Both the position numbers and the translations under genes were made by a program. 60,664 bases of DNA from a bacterium (GTDB lineage: Bacteria > Patescibacteriota > Dojkabacteria > JAKAPS01 > JAJZLI01), in NCBI GenBank assembly GCA_021810605.1, contig JAJZIL010000004.1:1-60664 (forward strand), read 5' to 3'. Positions within the stretch are counted from its first letter, which is position 1, and each line of letters opens with the position of its first letter. Below the pieces are notes generated by a model. It was not told where the DNA came from. It was given only the letters and a program-made list of their open reading frames with translations, and did not search any database. Of the stretch, positions 1 to 8,478 are shown piece after piece.

Positions 1-698
1 TTCCGATCTCTCATATACTCAATTAATAATTTTTTTAATATTTCTCCTTTTGGAAGAAGTATTGGAAGTCCAGCACCAATCTCTTCTGAGAACATAAAAA
101 GTCCAAGTTTTGGACCAAGTATTCTATGATCCTTACCTTTTCTTTCTTCCCTATCTTTTAGAAATGTATTAAGTTCTTCTTTTGTAGGAAAACAGGCAGC
201 ATATATTCTTGTAAGCATTTTATTTTTTTCATCTCCTCTAAAATATGCACCTGCAATAGAGATTAGTTTGAAATCTCCTATTTGTCCAAAATTATCTATA
301 TGACCACCTCTACATAGATTAATAAATGATCCTGATTTATAAAAAGTAACAATATCTGTATTAGTACGAGATTGTTTAGGATCTTGATCTTTTTTTATGG
401 TAGTTCCATATTTTTTTATATCATCTAAGAGGGCTAGTGAATATTCTTGTTTACTTTTTTTAAGAAAATCTTGAGCTTCTTTTATATTCATTTCAATTTT
501 TTCAAATGGATAATTTTCTTTCTTAAGTCTTATCATCTCTATCTCTATTTTAGGAAGGTCAGATTCAGTTATTTGTATATCTCCAAAATCAAAATCGTAA
601 TAAAATCCGTAATCAATTGTAGGCCCAATTGCAAGTTTCACATTAGGGTATAGATTTGATACTGCTGCAGCTAATAGATGTGCTCCAGAGTGTCTCAT
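1..698 (-). CDS. thrS: threonyl-tRNA synthetase, N-terminal part (3' end lies beyond window start)
   Basis: Absent from the ORF track because it has no stop in the window. My minus-strand translation from the ATG at 698-696 reads MRHSGAHLLAAAVSNLYPNVKLAIGPTIDYGFYYDFDF ... GKDHRILGPKLGLFMFSEE. This shows the HxxxH editing-domain motif and the DHRxLG motif of ThrRS. Confidence 0.85.
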   Translation of the reverse strand, partial: MRHSGAHLLAAAVSNLYPNVKLAIGPTIDYGFYYDFDFGDIQITESDLPKIEIEMIRLKKENYPFEKIEMNIKEAQDFLKKSKQEYSLALLDDIKKYGTTIKKDQDPKQSRTNTDIVTFYKSGSFINLCRGGHIDNFGQIGDFKLISIAGAYFRGDEKNKMLTRIYAACFPTKEELNTFLKDREERKGKDHRILGPKLGLFMFSEEIGAGLPILLPKGEILKKLLIEYMRDR

Positions 699-708
699 TT
701 GGTCTATA

Positions 709-1326
709 TTAGATTTTATTGTATTTTGCTTTTTCATACCTTTTAAATAATACATATATAATAATAACAATTATTATTGTTATTATAGTATAGCTTATAT
801 TAGTCAAAATTGATTCTAGTAATTTTAAGTTTGTTCCAAGATAAAATCCTAGTGCTCCATAGAATATTGACCATAAAGTTGCCCCAGATATATTGTATAT
901 AAAAAACCTTTTATATTCAATTTTATGTATTCCTGCAGTAATTGGGATAAACATTCTAAATACAGATAGAAATCTTCCAATAAATACAGTTTTTAGACCA
1001 TATTTATCAAAAAATTTCTTTGTTACAGATACATATTTTATATCTCTTTTTAGAATATTACTTAAAAAAGATATAAAAGCTATTCCATACTTTTCTCCTA
1101 TGAAATATCCAATATTATCACCTAAAGATGCAGCGATAATCCCAGTTATTATAACTATTATTATATTTAATTGTGATGGATTTTGTTGTGCATATACAGC
1201 ACCTAGAACTAGAGAAGTTTCTCCTGGAAAAGGTATTCCTAGACACTCTAAGAGTATAAATAATCCAATTATAAAATATCCATAATGATTAATAAGTAGG
1301 AATATTGAATGTAGAAAAGGAGTCAT
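709..1326 (-). CDS. DedA family (SNARE-associated) membrane protein, copy 1
   Basis: 205 aa, multi-TM, with the N-terminal LLECLGIPFPGETSLVLGA motif typical of DedA/VTT-domain proteins. Confidence 0.8.
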   Translation of the reverse strand: MTPFLHSIFLLINHYGYFIIGLFILLECLGIPFPGETSLVLGAVYAQQNPSQLNIIIVIITGIIAASLGDNIGYFIGEKYGIAFISFLSNILKRDIKYVSVTKKFFDKYGLKTVFIGRFLSVFRMFIPITAGIHKIEYKRFFIYNISGATLWSIFYGALGFYLGTNLKLLESILTNISYTIITIIIVIIIYVLFKRYEKAKYNKI

Positions 1327-1349
1327 AGTATAAAGCTTATAAACTAAAT

Positions 1350-1423
1350 TGGGTTCGACAGGATTCGAACCAGTGACCTCAACAATGTCAATGTTGTGCT
1401 CTAACCAACTGAGCTACGAACCC
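1350..1423 (-). tRNA. tRNA-Val (anticodon GAC)
   Basis: GC-rich island. The reverse complement is GGGTTCGTAGCTCAGTTGGTTAGAGCACAACATTGACATTGTTGAGGTCACTGGTTCGAATCCTGTCGAACCCA and folds as a cloverleaf with anticodon loop TTGACAT. There is one U-U mismatch in the T stem. No encoded CCA. Confidence 0.9.
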
Positions 1424-1999
1424 TTAATTGATAATTTTATCAATTATTCCATACTCTTTTGCCTCTTTTGCAGTCATCCAAAAATCTCTATCTGCATCTT
1501 TTTCTATTTTAGATTTTTTCTGTCCAGTATTTTTTGAGAGTATTTCATTTATACTATCTCTAATTAATAGGATTCTTTTTGCTGTTATTTCTATGTCACT
1601 AGCTTGCCCCTCAGTTCCACCAGATGGTTGATGAATAAGTATTGAGGAATTTGGAAGAGAAAATCTTTTTCCTTTTGTTCCTGAAGAAAGAATAAATGCT
1701 CCCATTGATGCAGCTATTCCTGTTGCTATAGTGGATACATCAGGTGATATGTGGTTCATAGTATCAAATATTGCCATTCCTGCATCAACTGATCCTCCTG
1801 GAGAATTCACATACATAGAAATATCTTTTTGAGGATCCTCTTTTTGTAGGTATAGCAGTTCAGCTATTATAAGATTTGCCAGATCATCATCAATAGCTCC
1901 ACCAAGAAAAATAATTCTTTCTTCAAGCATTCTAGAATATATATCATATACTCTTTCTCCTCTAGGTGTTTTTTCTATTATTGTAGGAATTATTGTCAT
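1424..1999 (-). CDS. clpP: ATP-dependent Clp protease proteolytic subunit
   Basis: 191 aa. [32 protein letters not shown], catalytic Ser in GIAASMGAF, His in IHQP and Asp in [10 protein letters not shown]. Confidence 0.95.
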   Translation of the reverse strand: MTIIPTIIEKTPRGERVYDIYSRMLEERIIFLGGAIDDDLANLIIAELLYLQKEDPQKDISMYVNSPGGSVDAGMAIFDTMNHISPDVSTIATGIAASMGAFILSSGTKGKRFSLPNSSILIHQPSGGTEGQASDIEITAKRILLIRDSINEILSKNTGQKKSKIEKDADRDFWMTAKEAKEYGIIDKIIN

Positions 2000-2961
2000 G
2001 ATTGTTTTTTTACTAAATTAACTATTTCTTTTAAACTCTTGTAATATCTAATATTATACACCATCTCTTCTGCATTAATATTTTTTAATTCTTCTTCTGG
2101 TATTGTAGTAAGTTGAGATTCAATATCTTCTTTTGTTACTTCAAGTTTATTTTCTTTTGCATACTCTTCTGTAAAGATATCTAGTTTTAACTGATCTATA
2201 ACTTCTTTTTCTAAATCTTTTATTATTTTATCTTTATTAGTCTTACTTTGAGAGAGATATTCATCTAAGCTCATATTTAGATTTTTAGAGAAATTCTCTA
2301 AATTTTCAAGAGATCTATCAGTATGTTCTCTTATTATATACTCAGGAATATCTTCTTTCTCAATAACTATTTCTTCTAATAATGTCTCAATTATTAGACT
2401 TTCGTAGATATTATTTAAGTATTTTTCTTCATTATCTTTCAGATCTTGTAAAACTTCTTTATTATTTTCTTTTTGATATTTCTCTTTCTCTTCATTAAAT
2501 TTCTTTTCTGCAGTTTCTTTTTTAACTTTTATCTTTTCAAGATTAACTTTTTTTATCTCAGGTTTTTTGTAGCATATAATTTTTATCTCAAAGTCTTCAG
2601 CTTCAAGTTTTATATTTTCTAAGAAATCTTTTTCAAAATATATTCTTAGTGGATTGACATCATTCTCATATATAAAATTAATTATTATATTTTGGATGTG
2701 AGAATAGGATTCTTCTATAATATCTTTTTTATATTGTGCAAATATTAGTTCCTTAGGTGCTTTTCCTTTTCTGAAACCTTTTATTTCTTTAGTTTCAGAA
2801 ATTTTAGAAAGTATATCATTAATACTATTCACTACAAGTTCTTTTTTTATACCTACAGTTATTATTACTCTAGATCCTTTTTCCTTTTGGCTAGATATTA
2901 TTTTAATAAATTTGTTTTCTTTTTTTTCTTTATTCATAATAATCTTCTTCAATTTTATCAT
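1996..2961 (-). CDS. tig: trigger factor, short form (N-terminal ribosome-binding domain plus C-terminal domain, no PPIase domain)
   Basis: Carries the TF signature GFRKGKAP (canonical GFRxGxxP). Sits immediately upstream of clpP with an ATGA overlap, the classical tig-clpP synteny. Only 313-321 aa. The start may be the internal ATG at 2937 (MNKEKKEN), which would remove the overlap with the upstream gene. Confidence 0.75.
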   Translation of the reverse strand: MIKLKKIIMNKEKKENKFIKIISSQKEKGSRVIITVGIKKELVVNSINDILSKISETKEIKGFRKGKAPKELIFAQYKKDIIEESYSHIQNIIINFIYENDVNPLRIYFEKDFLENIKLEAEDFEIKIICYKKPEIKKVNLEKIKVKKETAEKKFNEEKEKYQKENNKEVLQDLKDNEEKYLNNIYESLIIETLLEEIVIEKEDIPEYIIREHTDRSLENLENFSKNLNMSLDEYLSQSKTNKDKIIKDLEKEVIDQLKLDIFTEEYAKENKLEVTKEDIESQLTTIPEEELKNINAEEMVYNIRYYKSLKEIVNLVKKQS

Positions 2962-3376
2962 CTATACCTTCTGGTATATAATTATCTTCTCCATCGAAGA
3001 AATCACTATTAGTAACTTCTTCCCCTTCTCCAAAATCTTCATTGTTTATTGTAACTATAGTTTTTAGTTTTTTACCACAAATTGGACAGAGTTCTGCTTC
3101 AAGAACATCTTCTTTACAGTTAGGACATTTTACAACTTTTATATCAGATATACTACTTAAATTAATATCTTTCTGTTCATTAATATCATCAATATTTTCT
3201 ATATCATCATCTTCTTCTTCAATATCTACTCCTTCTAGGGTTGTTTCATCTAGAGGATCTTCTTCTGGGTCGTCTATATCTATAATATCAATATCATCAC
3301 TTTCTTCAAGTATTGCTTTGTCATCAAATTCAATTTCATCGGGATCTAAATTTTCTTGTTTTTTACTTTTTTTCAT
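2930..3376 (-). CDS. hypothetical highly acidic protein with CxxC...CxxC zinc ribbon
   Basis: 148 aa, dominated by D/E runs on both sides of a central KCPNCKEDVLEAELCPICGKK motif. Co-directional with and directly upstream of tig. No family recognised. Confidence 0.55.
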   Translation of the reverse strand: MKKSKKQENLDPDEIEFDDKAILEESDDIDIIDIDDPEEDPLDETTLEGVDIEEEDDDIENIDDINEQKDINLSSISDIKVVKCPNCKEDVLEAELCPICGKKLKTIVTINNEDFGEGEEVTNSDFFDGEDNYIPEGIDDKIEEDYYE

Positions 3377-3435
3377 ATTTTATTATTTATTAGTAAGTAT
3401 TGTATAATACTGTTTATTAATTTATAGTTTAAAGC

Positions 3436-4068
3436 ATGAATAAATTACTCACTTTATTTGCAAGTTTTATTATACAATCTATTGTCAAATTTTCATATAT
3501 AGGTATTTTTATATGGATGCTTCTAGAAAGTTTCAATATTCCAATTCCATCTGAGTTAGTAATGACATTTTCAGGATTTCTATCATATAAAGGGGATTTT
3601 AATCTTTATTTAGTTATTATAGTAGGGACATTTGGAAATCTTTTGGGATCTATTCTTTCATACTATCTTGGTTATTATGGAGGATATCCATTTTTAGAGA
3701 AATATGGAAAATATATTTTTATTCAGGATAAAGATATAAAGAGAGCACATGAATGGTTTGTAAGGTATGGAGAATTTGCTGTTTTCTTTACAAGGGTATT
3801 GCCTGTATTTAGGACTTTTATTTCACTTCCTGCAGGTATTGCAAAAATGGATATAAAGAAATTTAGTTTATATACTTTTTTAGGAACTTTAATTTGGGAT
3901 ATAGTATTAGCTGTATTGGGTTTTTATTTTGCATCTAGATGGACAATTATTTATCATTTTATAGAAAGTTTTTCTATATACTTCTTTATTATCTTAATTG
4001 TAATCATTGTTGTATATATATATATACATATGAGAATTAGAAAAAGAAAAAAGGAACTATTTCAATAA
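3436..4068 (+). CDS. DedA family membrane protein, copy 2
   Basis: 210 aa. LLESFNIPIPSELVMTFSGF and FFTRVLPVFRTFISLPAGIAKM are typical DedA motifs. Confidence 0.8.
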   Translation: MNKLLTLFASFIIQSIVKFSYIGIFIWMLLESFNIPIPSELVMTFSGFLSYKGDFNLYLVIIVGTFGNLLGSILSYYLGYYGGYPFLEKYGKYIFIQDKDIKRAHEWFVRYGEFAVFFTRVLPVFRTFISLPAGIAKMDIKKFSLYTFLGTLIWDIVLAVLGFYFASRWTIIYHFIESFSIYFFIILIVIIVVYIYIHMRIRKRKKELFQ

Positions 4069-5115
4069 TTCTTTAAATAGACTAAGAGTTTGAACTGCTG
4101 TTTTTTCCCATGAATATTTACCTATCTCCTCTAATCCTAGTTTTATTAGATCATCTTTTCTTTTTAAAGCTTCTATTACTCCATCTGCTATATCCATTAA
4201 ATTATTAGGATCTACTATTATAGCTGCATTTTTCCCAATCTCTTCTGTAGCAGAATTCTGAGATGTTACAACAGGAGTTCCACTAGCGAATGCTTCTAGT
4301 ATAGGCAATCCGAAACCTTCCTCATGAGATATATATAAAAATAAATCTGCATTACTATATTCTTTTGCTAGATCAGATTCTGATACGTATCCTGGTATGA
4401 TTATGTTATTTTCAAGTTTAAAATCTTTAATTGTATTGATTAAATTTTGATAATCATCTCCTGGTTTTCCAATTATCTTTAATTTTGTATTTCCAAATTT
4501 GTCTTTTATAATAGGTATTATTTTTATTATTTGAGTAAAATTCTTCCTTTTATTTATTGTTCCTACAGAAAGTATATGAATCTCATTACTGTGTGTAGTT
4601 TTTTTTCTAGTGGTAAATAAATCTTTATTATATGATTCATATATTACTGTAATTTTAGATTGATTAATTTTATATAATTTTAATAATTCAGATTTTGTAT
4701 ATTTAGATACAGATATTATTTTATCTGATTGAAGTATTGCATTTTTGAAGAATAATTTTGTTGTACTGACTTGAGATTCCATATATTTGAAAAAAAGATC
4801 GTGTACTGTTATAACTTTTTTTATATTTTTTTTACTTATTATTGGTAGAGTTGGTGTAGGAGAGAATATTAAATCTATATTATCAATTATTATCTGTTTA
4901 GATATAGATGTATGCATCCATGCTTTTCTATTCTTAATATATACATGGTGTATATTTTTAAATTTATTTTTATATTCATGATTAGTATAGAGATAGAATT
5001 CAAAATCAGTATATTTGTCGAATTGATTTAGTAAATTTATAGTATAAGTCTCTATTCCAGTAATATCTCTATTGAGTATATCTTTAGCAATTATTCCTAT
5101 TTTATATTTACTCAT
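4057..5115 (-). CDS. glycosyltransferase, GT4 (GT-B fold) family
   Basis: C-terminal EEGFGLPILEAFASGTPVVTS motif (E-x7-E type GT4). Start moved to MSKYKIGII (ATG at 5115-5113) because the longer track ORF runs into tRNA-Lys. Confidence 0.8.
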   Translation of the reverse strand: MSKYKIGIIAKDILNRDITGIETYTINLLNQFDKYTDFEFYLYTNHEYKNKFKNIHHVYIKNRKAWMHTSISKQIIIDNIDLIFSPTPTLPIISKKNIKKVITVHDLFFKYMESQVSTTKLFFKNAILQSDKIISVSKYTKSELLKLYKINQSKITVIYESYNKDLFTTRKKTTHSNEIHILSVGTINKRKNFTQIIKIIPIIKDKFGNTKLKIIGKPGDDYQNLINTIKDFKLENNIIIPGYVSESDLAKEYSNADLFLYISHEEGFGLPILEAFASGTPVVTSQNSATEEIGKNAAIIVDPNNLMDIADGVIEALKRKDDLIKLGLEEIGKYSWEKTAVQTLSLFKELLK

Positions 5116-5151
5116 AACCTTAATCACTGTATAATATAGAAACCTTTTAAT

Positions 5152-5223
5152 GAGGGTATAGCTCAACGGTAGAGCATCAGCCTCTTAAGCTGTTGGTTCT
5201 GGGTTCGAATCCCAGTGCCCTCA
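5152..5223 (+). tRNA. tRNA-Lys (anticodon CTT)
   Basis: GAGGGTATAGCTCAACGGTAGAGCATCAGCCTCTTAAGCTGTTGGTTCTGGGTTCGAATCCCAGTGCCCTCA. The 7-bp acceptor stem pairs, the T arm is CTGGG/CCCAG and the anticodon loop is CTCTTAA. Confidence 0.9.
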
Positions 5224-5334
5224 TAATAGAATTATTTCTATAATATGCGATTTTCCTTGTTTTTTCAATATATATCTTTAGGGGTATAAATTATTAATAA
5301 GTAGATTTAATATTGGTATGATGATCTTCTTAAT

Positions 5335-5407
5335 AGCACCTAGAGAGATTCGAACTCTCAACCTTCTCGTCCGAAGCGAGATGCTCTATCCGTTAAGCTA
5401 TAGGTGC
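5335..5407 (-). tRNA. tRNA-Arg (anticodon TCG)
   Basis: Reverse complement GCACCTATAGCTTAACGGATAGAGCATCTCGCTTCGGACGAGAAGGTTGAGAGTTCGAATCTCTCTAGGTGCT. Anticodon stem TCTCG/CGAGA, loop CTTCGGA. Confidence 0.9.
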
Positions 5408-5460
5408 ATAATTATTTTAACAGTTATTAGGACTTATTTAAAATCATGAGAGTTTTTAAT

Positions 5461-5534
5461 TGCTCTCGGCGGGACTCGAACCTGCAGTCTTCTCCTTAGA
5501 AGGGAGTTGCTTTATCCTATTAAGCTACGAGAGC
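5461..5534 (-). tRNA. tRNA-Arg (anticodon TCT)
   Basis: Reverse complement GCTCTCGTAGCTTAATAGGATAAAGCAACTCCCTTCTAAGGAGAAGACTGCAGGTTCGAGTCCCGCCGAGAGCA. Anticodon loop CTTCTAA. One A-C mismatch in the T stem. Confidence 0.85.
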
Positions 5535-5545
5535 ATATATATTTT

Positions 5546-5623
5546 TGGGGTAAATGGTGGGGTTCGAACCCACGACCTACCGCTCCACAGGCAGTCGCTC
5601 TAACCAGCTGAGCTACATTTACC
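5546..5623 (-). tRNA. tRNA-His (anticodon GTG) with encoded G-1, C73 and 3' CCA
   Basis: Reverse complement G-GTAAATGTAGCTCAGCTGGTTAGAGCGACTGCCTGTGGAGCGGTAGGTCGTGGGTTCGAACCCCACCATTTAC-C-CCA. Anticodon loop CTGTGGA. The extra 5' G opposite C73 is the bacterial His identity element. Confidence 0.9.
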
Positions 5624-5661
5624 AACAAACAAAATCATTTTAACACAAACTTTTAGTATTT

Positions 5662-6234
5662 TTAAAATAATCTTACTCTATCTCCTACTATAATTTTGTT
5701 ATCTGTTATAAATTTAGGGTTTAATTCTAATACATATAAAGAATTATACTTTGGAGTATATATTAAACATTCATTATTTTTACAAGGTGTAGCTTTTATT
5801 ATTTGGTTAATTTTAAAATTATTAGATATAAAAACCATATCGAGTGGTATATATGTAAATGCCATCCAGAATGTATGAATTGTATTAGTTTCAAATTCAA
5901 ATAACATTCCTGTATTTGAAGATAAATTAGTATATTTCATTAATCCAACTTGTTTTTGATAGCTAGTTTTTGCTATATAAACATTAATTCCGATATTATT
6001 TATATATATAATTTTTTGAGATTCTTGAGATCTTATTTTGTAAGCATTATTTTGTGTAATATGTATTGATTGATCAATATTAATATATTGTTTATTGGTA
6101 TTATTAGAGATTGTACTAGTTGTATTTCCTTTAGGATAAAAGTAGAAAATTAGTAATCCAACAAGTATAAATATTCCTGGATATATAGAATACTTTGCTA
6201 GTATATAATAAAAATTATTATTTTCTTTCTTCAT
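5662..6234 (-). CDS. DUF192 family protein with N-terminal membrane anchor
   Basis: 190 aa. QVGLMKYTNLSSNTGMLFEF....FWMAFTYIPLDMVFI matches the DUF192 (COG1430) GLM...GMLF...FWM...PLD pattern. Confidence 0.6.
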   Translation of the reverse strand: MKKENNNFYYILAKYSIYPGIFILVGLLIFYFYPKGNTTSTISNNTNKQYINIDQSIHITQNNAYKIRSQESQKIIYINNIGINVYIAKTSYQKQVGLMKYTNLSSNTGMLFEFETNTIHTFWMAFTYIPLDMVFISNNFKINQIIKATPCKNNECLIYTPKYNSLYVLELNPKFITDNKIIVGDRVRLF

Positions 6235-6276
6235 AATTGTGATAATATTATACCAGTAATTTGAATATCTTAAAAT

Positions 6277-6305
6277 TTGACTTTTTTATATAATTATTTT
6301 AGTAT
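6277..6305 (+). promoter_or_regulatory. candidate promoter of the pyrG-dcd-glyA-folD unit
   Basis: TTGACT (6277-6282), a 17-nt spacer, TAGTAT (6300-6305), then 12 nt to the pyrG ATG. Confidence 0.35.
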
Positions 6306-6317
6306 GCAGAGATAATT

Positions 6318-7928
6318 ATGAAAGTAATTTTTATATCTGGTGGAGTTATTTCTGGTATAGGAAAAGGCATTAGTGCTGGTTCAATTGGGCTACTCTTAAA
6401 AAAACATTCCCTGAAAGTATCTTTTCTAAAATGTGATCCATATATTAATCTTGATGCAGGAACTATGAATCCTATTGTGCATGGTGAAGTTTTTGTAACA
6501 GATGATGGATATGAAATTGATATGGATGGTGGGCATTATGAAAGATTTATAGGTATAACTCTTTCTAAGGATAACTCTATTACAACAGGACAAGTATATT
6601 CTCAAGTTATTAAAAATGAAAGAAATCTAAAATATGATGGTGAGTGTGTGGAGGTGATTCCTCATATAAGAGATGAAATAGTAAGAAGAATTGAAGATAG
6701 TTATGGTAATAATGATATATTAATTATTGAAATTGGAGGAACTGTTGGAGAGTATCAAAATGATATTTATTATGAAGCAGAAAGATTTTTAAAACAAAAA
6801 TTATTAGATGATTTAATACATATTCATGTAGGATATCTTCCAATTCCAAAAAGTCTTGGAGAAATGAAAACAAAGCCAACTCAGCAGTCAGTTATGCTTC
6901 TTAATCAGAGAGGAATTTTTCCAGATATAATAATAGGGAGATCTGAATTTTCAATAGATTTGGTAAGAAAGAAAAAAATTTCTATTGCAACTAATGTTTC
7001 TGATAATAATATATTTTCTAATCCAGATGTTGATACTATATACAAAGTACCAAAGCTTTTCTATGATCAAAAATTTGATAAAAGGATATTAGATCTTCTT
7101 AAAATTAAACCTTCTGATATAGATTTCTCTGACTGGGAGGAATTGATAAAGAATATTGATACTAAACCTAAGAAAAATATTGTCATTGGTATGGTATCTA
7201 AATATCATAATAGTGGTAAATTTTCATTAGAAGATTCATATGTATCAGTAGTAGAAGCAATTAAAAGTGCATGTTGGAATAAACATATTGGATTTAAAAT
7301 TAAATGGATTGATTCTGAATCTTTTACAGAAAATGATTTATCTGAGTGTAATGGAATAATAGTTCCTGGTGGATTTGGGAAGAGAGGTATTGAGGGTAAG
7401 ATCAAAGCAATTAAGTATGCAAGAGAGAATAAAGTTCCATATTTAGGATTATGTCTAGGGATGCAATTAGCTGCAATAGAATTTGCTCAAGATGTATGTA
7501 AAATTAAAGATGCAAACTCTGAAGAAATAGATGAATTATCAAAAAATAAGATAATTCATATTATGCCTGATCAGGAAAAAAAATTATTGGATAAAAATTA
7601 TGGAGGTAGTATGAGATTAGGTGCATGGGATTGTGTTATAGATAAAAATACTTTGGCATATAGATTATATAGAAAAAATAAGATTAGTGAAAGACATAGG
7701 CATAGATATGAATTTAATAATGAGTATAGAAAATTATTTGAATCTCATGGAATGATTTTTTCAGGAAAATCTACTGATGGTAATTTAGTAGAGATAATGG
7801 AGTTGAAGGATCATCCTTTTTTCATAGGGGTACAATTTCATCCTGAGTTTAAGAGTTCTCCTATACTTCCCCATCCATTATTTTTAGAATTTATATCTGT
7901 TATAATATCGTCTAATGGTTCTATCTGA
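6318..7928 (+). CDS. pyrG: CTP synthase
   Basis: 536 aa. N-terminal FISGGVISGIGKGISAGS, C-terminal glutamine amidotransferase domain with GLCLGMQ and FHPEF. Confidence 0.95.
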   Translation: MKVIFISGGVISGIGKGISAGSIGLLLKKHSLKVSFLKCDPYINLDAGTMNPIVHGEVFVTDDGYEIDMDGGHYERFIGITLSKDNSITTGQVYSQVIKNERNLKYDGECVEVIPHIRDEIVRRIEDSYGNNDILIIEIGGTVGEYQNDIYYEAERFLKQKLLDDLIHIHVGYLPIPKSLGEMKTKPTQQSVMLLNQRGIFPDIIIGRSEFSIDLVRKKKISIATNVSDNNIFSNPDVDTIYKVPKLFYDQKFDKRILDLLKIKPSDIDFSDWEELIKNIDTKPKKNIVIGMVSKYHNSGKFSLEDSYVSVVEAIKSACWNKHIGFKIKWIDSESFTENDLSECNGIIVPGGFGKRGIEGKIKAIKYARENKVPYLGLCLGMQLAAIEFAQDVCKIKDANSEEIDELSKNKIIHIMPDQEKKLLDKNYGGSMRLGAWDCVIDKNTLAYRLYRKNKISERHRHRYEFNNEYRKLFESHGMIFSGKSTDGNLVEIMELKDHPFFIGVQFHPEFKSSPILPHPLFLEFISVIISSNGSI

Positions 7929-8466
7929 TGTTGATATTAAAAGAGAGATTGATAAAGGAGATTTAGTAATATCTCCATATAGTGATGAATCCATTCAACC
8001 ATCTTCATATGATCTCCATATAGGTTCTAAATTTATAGTTTTTGATAATCATAATACTGATATTATTGATGTAAAGTTAGAACCTAAGAATACTAGAATT
8101 ATAGATGTTAAAGATAAAGGTTATTTTATAGTACATCCTAATAATTTTATATTAGGAGTAACTATGGAGAAAATAAAAATACCTAGATATATAGTATCGA
8201 GAATAGAAGGTAAATCTTCAATAGGTAGATTAGGTTTAATAATTCATGCTACAGCTGGATATATAGATCCTGGATTTGAAGGTACATTAACATTAGAGAT
8301 GTTTAACCTTTCTTCAGTTCCTATTAAGATATATGTTGGTATGAAAATAGCTCAATTATCATTTTTTGAAATGAAAAGTCCTTCCTCTAAAATTTATGGA
8401 GAGTATAAAAATAAATATCAAGGACAAGTTGATCCTACTGAGAGTATGCTCTGGAAAAATTTCTGA
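7915..8466 (+). CDS. dcd: dCTP deaminase
   Basis: 183 aa. LSDVDIKREI..GDLVISPY....IQPSSYDLHIG, GKSSIGRLGL and GFEGTLTLEM. Overlaps the pyrG end by 14 nt. Ends in TGA. Confidence 0.9.
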   Translation: MVLSDVDIKREIDKGDLVISPYSDESIQPSSYDLHIGSKFIVFDNHNTDIIDVKLEPKNTRIIDVKDKGYFIVHPNNFILGVTMEKIKIPRYIVSRIEGKSSIGRLGLIIHATAGYIDPGFEGTLTLEMFNLSSVPIKIYVGMKIAQLSFFEMKSPSSKIYGEYKNKYQGQVDPTESMLWKNF

Positions 8467-8478
8467 TATAATATATTC

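Noticed and set aside
447-653. 68-aa plus-strand ORF from the track.
   Set aside because: It lies antisense inside the clearly recognisable thrS coding region and has a low-complexity F/K/I composition typical of AT-rich noise.
3042-3407. 121-aa Ser-rich ORF on the plus strand.
   Set aside because: It is the mirror image of the D/E-rich minus-strand gene (GAA/GAT codons read as TTC/ATC on the other strand). It has no start context, and the minus-strand frame carries a proper CxxC...CxxC motif and fits the operon.
5116-5166. N-terminal 17-codon extension of the GT4 ORF (track start at 5166).
   Set aside because: It runs into tRNA-Lys (5152-5223). The internal ATG at 5115 gives the usual MSKYKIGII-type GT4 N-terminus.
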